From assembly GCA_950072105.1 (NCBI GenBank), contig CATMOE010000001.1, forward strand, positions 32,001-96,000: a stretch of 64,000 nt of DNA, read 5' to 3'. The position numbers and the translations under genes were made by a program. The notes under the pieces are model-generated. The model was given only the letters and a program-made list of their open reading frames with translations, did not search any database and was not told where the DNA came from. The stretch comes from an uncultured Dehalococcoidia bacterium (GTDB lineage: Bacteria; Chloroflexota; Dehalococcoidia; Lucifugimonadales; UBA3495). Below are positions 30,701 through 39,361 of this stretch, piece by piece (position 1 is the first letter of the stretch; each line of letters starts with the position of its first letter).

Positions 30701-31991
30701 CCTGGGAATCGGTCCGAGCGGATGCCACGGGAAGCAAAGGCGGCGTTTTGTCGAAGCCACTGTCGAATCCCGTATCTTCCACTCCCGGCTGCCTGCGCCA
30801 GCGGATAGCTCCGCCATGGACGTGATGCACGTGGAAAACCTCGGAGCCCCCGTGGATCACTCGCTGCTTCACCGGATCGCCCAAGTATGCCCTGGCGATG
30901 GGCGTGGCCGGGTCACCAAAGGTGTAGGAACTGTAGGCCAATGACGGGTCTGGCGGCTGGCCGATGTTGGTGTCGGCCGCTATTCTCAGCCGGTTCATGA
31001 AAGGCTCGCTGCGGTAGTTCATCGCCCGGCCACCAGGTTTATACGCCCTGGTGAACGGATCCACGAAGGGGACTTGGCGGCCCAACTTATCCAGATTCCG
31101 GAACCGTTCGTTGCCGATCTCGTGGTAGTAAATCGCGAATTCCCGGAAGTCGCTGCCATTGGGGTCCTGGATGATAGCGTCCCAGCCGCTGGACAGATTC
31201 TGGCCGGACCGGGGATCCAGGTATACCGATCCTTCAGGTTCGACGATGACGGCGCCGAAGAGGCCATGGGCGGTCTGTTCCCGGTCGTCACCGTGGCTGT
31301 GGAAGTAGTGGGTTCCTTCCGGCTCGTCTTGCTCCACCATCCACCGGTAGGTCACGGTTGCGCCGGTTTGAGCTATGGCATCATGATTGGTGGCTATCGC
31401 CGGGGCCCCGGTGTCTTCCATATAGAGGCTGGAGCCATGGAGGTGCAGGCTGGCCGGTTCACCGTTATCCATGCCGTTGCGCAGCGTCAACCGCAGACAT
31501 TCGCCCTGATTAACCCGCAACGTCAGGGGCTGGATAGCGTCGCCTTGTAGACCGATGGAAACCGCCGGTTCGGCCTGGTCCAAACGGGCGGCCCGGTTTT
31601 GCGCTTCCTCCTCTCGAACCTGCTCCAAGCGGTCTTCAAGGACGTACATCCGGCCCATGTGGTCGTAGTCGAGATAGCGGTTCAGGGAGATCTCGACGTT
31701 GATAGCGACCACGGAGTAGTCCTGCACCGGTGCGTTTGGGCCGCAAAGCGCCCCGGTATACACGGTTTCCCTATCGGAGTCCGGACCCAACACCAACCCC
31801 TCGGACCCTTCATGGCCCGAAGGGGTCGCGCTTCGGGAAGTTGAGTCGACGCCGATGGTGGGAGCCGCTAGATCGGTGGGTGTCTCGGTAGCGCGTTCAC
31901 CGCAGGCAATCATTAGTACAAGCGCAGCCAGTACGCCTAAAATACCGAAAATTTGACGCAACATCTTACTAGGGTGACTGCGCTTGGTCAT
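27723..31991 (-). CDS. Large six-domain multicopper oxidase lipoprotein (MnxG/ceruloplasmin-type)
   Basis: Lipobox MIAC; Cu motifs HLHG, HSHG, HVHHVHG, HCHVAHHYLAGM, HVHF, HDH; three tandem two-domain units. Confidence 0.88.
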   Translation of the reverse strand: MTKRSHPSKMLRQIFGILGVLAALVLMIACGERATETPTDLAAPTIGVDSTSRSATPSGHEGSEGLVLGPDSDRETVYTGALCGPNAPVQDYSVVAINVEISLNRYLDYDHMGRMYVLEDRLEQVREEEAQNRAARLDQAEPAVSIGLQGDAIQPLTLRVNQGECLRLTLRNGMDNGEPASLHLHGSSLYMEDTGAPAIATNHDAIAQTGATVTYRWMVEQDEPEGTHYFHSHGDDREQTAHGLFGAVIVEPEGSVYLDPRSGQNLSSGWDAIIQDPNGSDFREFAIYYHEIGNERFRNLDKLGRQVPFVDPFTRAYKPGGRAMNYRSEPFMNRLRIAADTNIGQPPDPSLAYSSYTFGDPATPIARAYLGDPVKQRVIHGGSEVFHVHHVHGGAIRWRRQPGVEDTGFDSGFDKTPPLLPVASARTDSQAVGPAEGYDLENECGSGGCQHSVGDYLIHCHVAHHYLAGMWMVWRVYNTLQEDGAAQDSLPPLWEVPDKLGGVVPAVTSEKLVGTTADWKGQAMPIGEENLADWVERQLPPQGIPKGYDASVLNWSREGNLYLNEPDSEKDWPGFSSASPGVRPPIYFDPLTGKLAYPFLRPHLAKRPPFAPNHGPAPFLDPIRHGTDPPKPGENGPWSLCPDGTQTQEFVIHSINLPITLSRSSNIVDPVGQLYVLKEEEDAVRADNGLRSPLAIRANAGEDCVDIVFKSELEDSGENDFFSKANIHVHFVQFDVQGSDGVITGFNYETSVRPFTKEGEKIRGTAQAGESRLQLVSADRFQPGALVGVGMDQTESFEVRRIREIDGSTLVFDEPLRFGHGRGEIVSIEFVRYRWYPDVQFGTAYFHDHVSALTSWKHGLVGAIVSEPSGSTYHDPSTGGEVRSGPIVDVHNDGLVSADVTGSFRELLLFIQDDNTLTKEGRSSGSAINLRVAPLKAREGDPSLLFSSEAHGDPETPLLEAYLGDPIVIRGLVSAMNDVHTLHVDGHWFRLEPYSLTSSPINTVHIGISERYALVLPKAGGPQGMAGDYLYYNGRSFKFREGSWGIIRVLDDDAGASLQKLPGHQEIPAPAATVCPVEAPVKEYWVAAIDVPLPMLGETKGKMYVLKADKAEVLSGSQSPEPLVLHVNVGDCVNLMLSNETASGPVSIHADMLAYNPAKSMGIAAGGNPPQTVEPGSTRTYTFYAHPDVGETMALLRDWGNVLENPGLGLYGAIVVGEEGSSYTHPVTGEDMTLKSGWRVDVHPPARDSYRDFALFIQDQDEVIGTHIMPYSQEVEGVVGLNYNFEPLGARLARNEDTSRVFSSTVHGDPATPLLEAVSGDPVKIHVLVPFSEQAHVFTLEGHPWPVEPGREGSDMLSAVQIGALEAITIQPEGGAGGRTGLPGDYLYGDHREPYRQAGLWGIFRVLPAQETEGWLRPLPGR

Positions 31992-32045
31992 ACTTCAGCG
32001 AATTACCGTTGGAGCAAGAGAATCTAATACGATCACGAACCTGGC

Positions 32046-32074
32046 TGGGAGCCGGAGACTTTGATCCGGCTCCC
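32046..32074 (-). other. GC-rich hairpin between the MBL gene and the MCO gene
   Basis: TGGGAGCCGGA-GACTTTGA-TCCGGCTCCCA with no long U-tract; could be a stabiliser or weak terminator. Confidence 0.45.
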
Positions 32075-32082
32075 AAGCTCCT

Positions 32083-34142
32083 CTAATCGATCCGTAGGCT
32101 CTCCAACAGCCGGGCGCAGTGACTGGCGGTAAACAGGTCCGCCCCTCCCAGGAGCTCGCCCCATTTCTCCAAGGTCAGATCGGCGCACTCCTCTTCAACG
32201 GCGCCCAGGTAAGTGCCGAACATCAGCCAGGGGTTCTCAAACCCGGTCTGTTGAGCAATGGTCATGAAATCCACGGTCTGAAGGGCTTTGGCGGCATTGG
32301 ATTGCATATCCAGCACATACTCTTTCTGGGTTTCGACATCCTCCCTGGTGGCCGTGCGGCCCAGGTGGCCCGACACCAGGGTATCGAAATCGTAGCTTAA
32401 GACGTCATCGTGGGCCTGGATAAAGGCCGGTACGTCCTCGGCCACGGCGAGCTCTAGGAATGGCGTCCAACCGGGGAAGATAACATCAATCAGCAGCAAC
32501 ACTTTCTGCTTTGGGGCATAGATGTAGATGTTGCCCTGCTCGTGCGCAGGCCCCCGGTACTCCAACTCCAGGGTTTGATTGCCGACGGTGATGGTGTAGG
32601 TGTCGGAGAAAGTAACCGTCGGCGCGGGGACCGGGCCGCCGCCTACGAACGTGCCGAAGGGGATTGGCCGCTCACGGGCCAACTGGGAGGCTGTATCTTC
32701 ATGGGCTATGTAGACCGCATCGGCCGGGAACATGCCGGCAGCGGCGATGTGGTCGGCGTGAGAGTGGCTGTAAATCACGTGAGTCACCGGCTCGTCGGTA
32801 ACCTCGGCGATCGCCTTCAAGTATTTATCTCCGATAGAAGGCGGGGCGTCCACGGCGATGACTCCCTCCCCGGTGGTCAGGAACATAACCTGGTACGCGC
32901 CTTCGGTAACCCAGTAAAGTCCGTCGCCCAGGTCCTCAACCAGATATCCCTTGTCCTGCGGAATAGCCGGACCCATCGCCGCAGCTGGGACGGGAGCCGC
33001 GTCCGGAACGTGGACCCCTGCGGCGGTCACCGTCACCGAACCTTCCATCCCCAGCACCCGATGAATGGCGCACATATATTCATAGGACCCGGCCTTGCTG
33101 AAAGTCATGGCAAATGCCTTGCCACCGGGCAAAGCCATGGAGTCGACGCCCATGACTCCAGAACCCGGTGCCGTCGAACTCCCCAGAGGGCTAAGGTAAA
33201 TACATCTGGAACGTTTGCGCTGGAGATCTGCGCCATCAAGTCCGGGGGAAGTCTTCCCGGATGAAAGGTGACATTGTGGTACATGACCGAAGTCCAGATT
33301 ACCGTGTCACCTTCCTGGACCGTGATATCCCCCGGCAAGAAGTCGAAAGCCTGAGCGGTGGGCGGGTCACCGGCGGCGCCGGCTTGCACGTGCCATATCG
33401 TCGTGCCACCGGGACCCAGTTCGCTCCTGGCGCTCGCTCCGGCGACGACTAACCGGTCAATCTCAGCTTTGAGGATGTCCTCTTCCTTCTTGGCTTGAGC
33501 GTTTATCTCGGCTTGGGTAGGAACGTCGGGGTCATTGGCCGCTACTACCGTGACTGTAGCCTTCATCGGAGGATGGAGCACGCAAAGATATTCGTAAGTC
33601 CCGGGCTTGCTGAAGGTGAGCCGGAGGTCATAGTTGGGGGGTACTCCCGGCGGCCCGGCCGGAAAATTGTACATGATTCCCGAGGTGTGAAAGCCGGTGC
33701 CGTCGTACACTAAAGCCGGCTTGGTCGGACCATTGGTTGGAAAGGCTAATTTCTGGTTAACCTGCAGTTCGTTGGGCTCGCCGCCCGGCACGGGAACGAA
33801 TACGGGTGGAGTCTTGGCGCCGGAAAGAAATACGGTGGTGTGAAATTCTTCCGGGTGGTTCAACTCCCACATTATCGTGTCGCCGGCGCGGATGGTCACG
33901 CTGGACGGAAGGAATGCGTTTACCGCGACCGTGTCCGTCCCGGCGCCCACCAAAACCGTTAGCAATCGGGCCTCGGCCGGTGGTAGTGGCGTCGCCGCGG
34001 CTCCTACCTCAACTATCCGAGTTACCTCGATCTCACGGATCGTTTCGATTCTTGTAGTACAGGCGGCGATCGCGACGGCCAAACCCAAGACCAGAGCTAG
34101 CCAAAGAAATTGTCTCGCGAACCACCGTGGCCACCGCCGCAT
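32083..34142 (-). pseudogene. Frameshifted lipoprotein gene: 2x cupredoxin plus metallo-beta-lactamase-fold hydrolase (ORFs 33105-34142 and 32083-33153)
   Basis: Lipobox IAAC; cupredoxin 1 has H...CVLHPPM. Cupredoxin 2 is split: YHNVTF in one frame, PSGEFDGTGFW in a second, CAIHRVLGM in a third. MBL motifs HSHADH, PAH, IDV, GH. Confidence 0.8.
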
Positions 34143-34186
34143 ACATCCCACCCTTCGTCACACCAACCAGTTGATACCACAGCCCA

Positions 34187-36238
34187 TTATGGGGATTCTA
34201 CCGGTAATTTCAACACCCCGGGCCTGGGAGTACCCGGGACCAAACCCAGCAAACGGAACAGGGAGAAGTTGGCCACGTACAATGTGTCGGAGTTTTCTCC
34301 CACGCCGAACCTCAAGTCGGAAGGGTTCTGCAACGGGCTGCCCTCATCCAGAGTCGTGATGTCGCCCTGTGGAGATATGCTAATCACCCGGTCGTTCCCC
34401 ACCACCGCCACATATAGGTTTCCATCTTTACCAAGGACCATGCCGTCGGGAAATCCAATCTTGTCCAAGTCTTCCACGAAATCTTCGACGTTCCCGGCGC
34501 TCCCGGCGACGCTCACTGGGATCCGGACGATACGGCCATGTTCGGTGACCGCCACGTAGAGGTTCTCTCCAGCCGCGTCGAAGGCCAAACCGTTGGCCCC
34601 CAGGGGTATGCCCAGCGGGGAAACTATGGGAATTATTCCCAGAAGTAGCGGGTCTTCCTTCCAGGTGACGGCGTTACCGCTCTGGTCGATCTTCCAGATA
34701 CTACCTCCGATAGTGTCCGACACGAAGAGATCGCCGTTGCTATCGAAAGTGACCACGTTGGGTAACTTGGTGGGATCCAGAGCGGCAAATCGCTCGGCGT
34801 CGCTGCCGTCGGCGCTGACCTTCCACACCCCATGGGTTTCGGGGATGAAGCTAGCCATGGCAACGTACAGATCTCCGTTGGAGCTGAATTCCATGCCCAG
34901 CATGAAGCCCTCGCCAGGAGCGGGCAATTCCGCGAAGGTTGAAACATCCCCATCGGTCGTGATCTTCTTGATCTCTCCCGTGAAAGCCATGCTTACGTAG
35001 ATGTTCCCGTCCCGGTCTACCGCCAATCCTTCAGGAAATTCATTCGCGCCGGGATCCAGCGCCGATACCAGGGAAACGTTTCTTTCGGTGACGGTTACCG
35101 TGCCCTCCATACCCTGCTCTCGGTGGAAAATGCAGAAATACTTGTAGGTGCCGGGTTTATCGAACTTCAGCGACCAACTGTTTCCGGAAACGCTGAACGG
35201 TCCCAGATCGGCCGAATTAAAGTATTGGGCTGGGTCAAACACGGGCGACGGCTTGGCCGGCCGGAACGCCGCATTGCTTTGACGGAGCAGGGGCGGCCCC
35301 TGGGGCTGGGGTTCCGGAATCACGAAGGGCGCCGGTTCGGGGGCCGGGTCGAAGGTGATGCTGTGGAAAAAGTCGGACCCCCACACCACCGTGTCGCCCG
35401 ATTTGATGGTGATGTCCTGGGGGAAGAACTCTAGGATCTGGGTGTTCATGTCACCAGTCACCATCTCGGTAGCCCCGGCCTTGACCTGCCAACTGTCGTT
35501 ACCGTCGGCGGCCACGTCGCTATGGAACATGAAGTTGGCGAGTCCTTCGGCCTGCCCTGCAGCCTGCTGCCGAGCCAAATTCAGCCTGGCTTGCGCTGTT
35601 CCCGATTCTTGCTTGGCTTGGGCGTCGATGTCCCCTTGCGAGGGCGCCACCACCGGCGCATCGGCGGCCAGGACCTCAACTGTGCCGGTCATATTGCCAG
35701 GATGAATCAGGCAAAGGTAATTGAACGTACCCGCTTGGGCAAAGGTCAGGGTTATCCGGTCATTGGGCGGAGTCCCTGGGGGTCCTTGGGGGATCTCTGA
35801 GAGTATCCCTGAAGTGAAGAAACCTGCGCCGTCGTAGCTTTCCACGCCGGCCCCGGGCAACCTAGTCGGAAATGCGACTTGCGGGTTCATCATGAAATTG
35901 CCGGGCTCCTCGCCAGGGATCGATGAAAAGAATTCCGGGACTCGCGCCCCCTCCGGCAAGAACGTTACCGTATGGATCTCATCGCTGTCGATCTTCCAGG
36001 TGACGGTGTCTCCTACCCTTACTCTCAGGTTTCTCGGGAAAAAAGCCATTATAGCCTCAGTATCCCGGCCTGCCCCTACCAAGAGGTTCAGTTCCCTCGG
36101 TTCGGCGGAAACCGGAGCCGCGGCAACGGGAACTTCCCGAGTCACCTCAACAATTTTCTCGATCTCTACCTCGGTTGTACAGGCGGCAATGATCAATGCC
36201 ATCGGGAGTAGGGCCGCCAGGAAAATATACTTATACAA
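34187..36238 (-). CDS. Lipoprotein: 2x cupredoxin (type-1 Cu) plus SMP-30/gluconolactonase six-bladed propeller
   Basis: Lipobox IAAC; HTVTF...CLIHPGNM and HSITF...CIFHREQGM; propeller motifs PEG, PN, ANGL, PDG. TTG start 8 nt after GGAGG. Confidence 0.88.
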   Translation of the reverse strand: MYKYIFLAALLPMALIIAACTTEVEIEKIVEVTREVPVAAAPVSAEPRELNLLVGAGRDTEAIMAFFPRNLRVRVGDTVTWKIDSDEIHTVTFLPEGARVPEFFSSIPGEEPGNFMMNPQVAFPTRLPGAGVESYDGAGFFTSGILSEIPQGPPGTPPNDRITLTFAQAGTFNYLCLIHPGNMTGTVEVLAADAPVVAPSQGDIDAQAKQESGTAQARLNLARQQAAGQAEGLANFMFHSDVAADGNDSWQVKAGATEMVTGDMNTQILEFFPQDITIKSGDTVVWGSDFFHSITFDPAPEPAPFVIPEPQPQGPPLLRQSNAAFRPAKPSPVFDPAQYFNSADLGPFSVSGNSWSLKFDKPGTYKYFCIFHREQGMEGTVTVTERNVSLVSALDPGANEFPEGLAVDRDGNIYVSMAFTGEIKKITTDGDVSTFAELPAPGEGFMLGMEFSSNGDLYVAMASFIPETHGVWKVSADGSDAERFAALDPTKLPNVVTFDSNGDLFVSDTIGGSIWKIDQSGNAVTWKEDPLLLGIIPIVSPLGIPLGANGLAFDAAGENLYVAVTEHGRIVRIPVSVAGSAGNVEDFVEDLDKIGFPDGMVLGKDGNLYVAVVGNDRVISISPQGDITTLDEGSPLQNPSDLRFGVGENSDTLYVANFSLFRLLGLVPGTPRPGVLKLPVESP

Positions 36239-36497
36239 TTCCAATTCCTCCGAATATTGATGGGCTGATATTATCCGAACTTAATAGGGCGTCGGAAATT
36301 GTAATTACAGGCGTGGCCAATAGTCAATGCGAAGCTCTACGTCGTGTTCGGCTTTGGTTCCCATCGGCGCCAAGGCATCTGGCTAGGGTACTTGGTGTAA
36401 GACCCTGGGTTCCCGATAATCATTAGACTATAATGCGGGGGCTTAGCCTGATCCACGATTTCGAAGATACGGTGCGAAGACACCCTGCGAGGACGCT

Positions 36498-37601
36498 ATG
36501 AAAAGCATTGAGCTTGATTACACCAAGCGGTGCGGAGACGAACCGGCCAAAGGGCACAACCGTTGGCATCCTGACATCGCCCCAGCCCTTACCGCCGACC
36601 CTGGCGAAGAGGTCGTTCTTCAGACCAGGAACGCCTTTGATGGAGAGGTGAAGCCAAGTTCCCGCGCCGGCGACCTGAACAATCTGAACCTCAACGTGGT
36701 GCATCCACTAACCGGCCCTGTGTTCGTCAATGGGGCCGAACCGGGCGACCTTCTAGAGGTAAACATCCTCGAGATCGAACCGGCGGCCTGGGGATTCACT
36801 ACCATCATCCCCGGATTCGGGTTCCTAAGAGACGTGTTCCTGGAACCTTACATCGTCCATTGGATCATCGAAGACGGCTATGCCGAGTCGCCGGACCTCC
36901 CCGGTGTCCGGATCCCCGGAGCGCCTTTCATGGGCACCATAGGGGTTGCCCCGTCCAGGGAGTTGCTCCGGGAGATCTTCTTGCGAGAAGACGAACTGCT
37001 CCAGAGAGGCGGCGCAGTGTTGGGCCCAGAGCCTAACGATGCCGTCCCGGCCCAGGAACCTATCGCATCCGAGGCGCTTCGCACCATTCCCCCACGGGAG
37101 CACGGCGGCAACTTGGACATCAAACAACTGACCGCCGGAACCAGACTATTGTTGCCGGTGTTCACACCGGGAGCGCTCTTTTCCGCCGGGGACGCCCATT
37201 TCGCCCAGGGAGATTCCGAGTGTTGCGGTACGGCAGTGGAGATGGACTGCACCCTGCACGTCAACTTCCAGGTCCGTAAAGGAGAAGCAGCCCGGCGAAA
37301 CTTGAGGTTCCCCATCTTCGAACGAGACGACTATTTCACCACTCCGGAGATGGCGGCGCCGCGCCGGTTCATAGCGTCTACCGGCATGTGCATCGCTGAC
37401 GGCGTTAACGAATCGGAGAACGCTACCCTGGCGGCACGAAATGCTCTACTGACCATGATTCAACTGCTCATGGAACGGGGTTGGTCCCGCGAACAAGCGT
37501 ATTGCATCTGCAGCGTGGCGGTGGACCTGAAAGTAAGCCAGGTGGTGGACGTACCCAACTTCGTGGTGTCCGCGTTTCTTCCACTGGACATCTTCGTCTA
37601 A
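36498..37601 (+). CDS. Acetamidase/formamidase family protein
   Basis: GHNRWHPDI, HPLTGPVFVNGAEPGDLL, PFMG, GGNLD, GDAHFAQGDSE, AYCICSVAVDL. Confidence 0.93.
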   Translation: MKSIELDYTKRCGDEPAKGHNRWHPDIAPALTADPGEEVVLQTRNAFDGEVKPSSRAGDLNNLNLNVVHPLTGPVFVNGAEPGDLLEVNILEIEPAAWGFTTIIPGFGFLRDVFLEPYIVHWIIEDGYAESPDLPGVRIPGAPFMGTIGVAPSRELLREIFLREDELLQRGGAVLGPEPNDAVPAQEPIASEALRTIPPREHGGNLDIKQLTAGTRLLLPVFTPGALFSAGDAHFAQGDSECCGTAVEMDCTLHVNFQVRKGEAARRNLRFPIFERDDYFTTPEMAAPRRFIASTGMCIADGVNESENATLAARNALLTMIQLLMERGWSREQAYCICSVAVDLKVSQVVDVPNFVVSAFLPLDIFV

Positions 37602-38437
37602 AGACGAGGAATCGGGCGATATCGTTCGTCGTCCTTAGCGGATAGAGCCGGGCATCATATCGCCCGGATTCAGGCCGTACGGTAGCGATGGATCTGGTCC
37701 ACAAGTCATATGCCATCGCCGGTAAAATCACCGCCGCGTCAACTGCCTCGACCACTTTCCGGGTAACGCAAACACTCGTCCATCCGGCGATAACGCGCTT
37801 CTAATTTTGACATCCCGCTTAGCCCCACCCCTGATTCCAACAGCGAACCCACCACCCGCATTTTTACCCTACCTGTGATTTCATGGGTAACCATTATCTT
37901 GGGTACCCTAACTCAGAACGAGTGCCTCAACTTGACGCCATTGGTTATCTTTATTAGGTCACCACATTTTTGCGGCTTATGAGTATTCAAGTTAATCTGT
38001 ACCATTTAGTCTTACATACCCATTAGGTATCCCATAATTCACATTCATTCTTCAGTCACTAACATTGATCCCACGTATCCATTTAAACTAGCCTTTCGAA
38101 CATTACTACGCAGAGATAAGTTTAATCAAATCGGAAATTTAGATGAAAATACAGGATGATGACTTCATTAAATTGGGTTACTGAAGGGCGATTATGTACG
38201 GTTGCAAATAGCGAGACCTACATCGTTTGGGTCAATAAAATAGTCTGTTCTAGAAAACGCTGGTCTTCTAGATAACCCAAGTTTGGAGGACGAGGGGTAC
38301 CGAATAAATCGGCCAGACTTTAAGAAAGGGGCCGCGGGTGGATCCGCGTGGAGAGAACTAAAAAGGATTGTAAGGAAAGGCTACGGGTGCCGGTGTCAAC
38401 TGGGCCGGTTGGGGAGAGACCGAGGGCGGGATTACCC

Positions 38438-39202
38438 TTAGCTTAGGGGCGCGAAGAACTCCCGGCGGTCGGCGTCGGGAAAGCCGTCCACGGCGGTAAG
38501 GACCATGCCCGGTTGCTCGATGCCTGCCCGGACGATCCACTTGTTGAATTCACCTACGTTTTCGTTGTTCAGAAACTCCTGGACGGGCATCCAAAGACAT
38601 TCCTGGATCTCCTCGGCCTGCATGGTGATCTCGGTGGTCAGGGGCCGCAACCGGCAAACGAAATAGATGTCCGATTTGCCGTACCGGTAGCCGTGCCAGT
38701 GCCGGAAGCAGACCACCGACTCGAACTGGGACTCAACTCCGGTCTCTTCCAAAACCTCCCGGACAACGGCTTCCGCCAGATGCTCCCCGGCCACCAATGC
38801 GCCGCCCGGCAGTTTCAATGTTGGGGTCCTTCCCCGGTAGCCAACCTTCTCCCGCACCACCAGCAGGTCGTTCGATTCGGTGAGTACGATCCCGCCGGCC
38901 CCGATGTAGTGGGAGGCGTAGGGAGGAATGTGGGAACCCTCTCTTAACGCGCAGGTCAGCAACAGGTAGTCTTCCCCAGCATGGTGGTAGGAAAACCCGG
39001 CCTCCACGGCTATCGGAACCAGGGCGGCCTTGGCGATGGAAATCTCCAACCAAACCACCAATACGCCTTGGGAGCGCCATGATTCCAACGAGTTATCAAG
39101 TTGCCCCCGGAACGCCGCCGGGTCGCCGGTCAGGCTGTCTGCTTTGGTTACCACGCCGCCAAATGGATTATTGGCGGACTCAATGATTTCCGGCATATTC
39201 AC
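38438..39202 (-). CDS. Nudix hydrolase with NUDT6-like N-terminal extension
   Basis: Nudix box GGALVAGEHLAEAVVREVLEETG; N-terminal VWLEI...AGFSYHHA...IPPYASHYIG; FRHWH..YGKSDIYF. Confidence 0.9.
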   Translation of the reverse strand: MNMPEIIESANNPFGGVVTKADSLTGDPAAFRGQLDNSLESWRSQGVLVVWLEISIAKAALVPIAVEAGFSYHHAGEDYLLLTCALREGSHIPPYASHYIGAGGIVLTESNDLLVVREKVGYRGRTPTLKLPGGALVAGEHLAEAVVREVLEETGVESQFESVVCFRHWHGYRYGKSDIYFVCRLRPLTTEITMQAEEIQECLWMPVQEFLNNENVGEFNKWIVRAGIEQPGMVLTAVDGFPDADRREFFAPLS

Positions 39203-39361
39203 ATCTTTGATCAGATTCTGGTTCCCACGTCTTCTGAAACCGTCTCAGTATAGCTGAAATACCCCCTCACCAATTCGCGTTCTTAGTCCAATTAAATCCA
39301 ATCGTTGGGGTATGACAGGAGCCGTGCAAGTCAGATGGCCGCCCTGTGCTAAACTTCGTTC

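Noticed and set aside
32083..33153. Antibiotic-resistance metallo-beta-lactamase
   Set aside because: The HxHxDH motif is generic to the fold; it is part of a cupredoxin fusion with no mobile-element context.
37760..38350. Replication origin or CRISPR leader
   Set aside because: No TTATCCACA DnaA boxes, no dnaA, and no regularly spaced direct repeats or cas genes.
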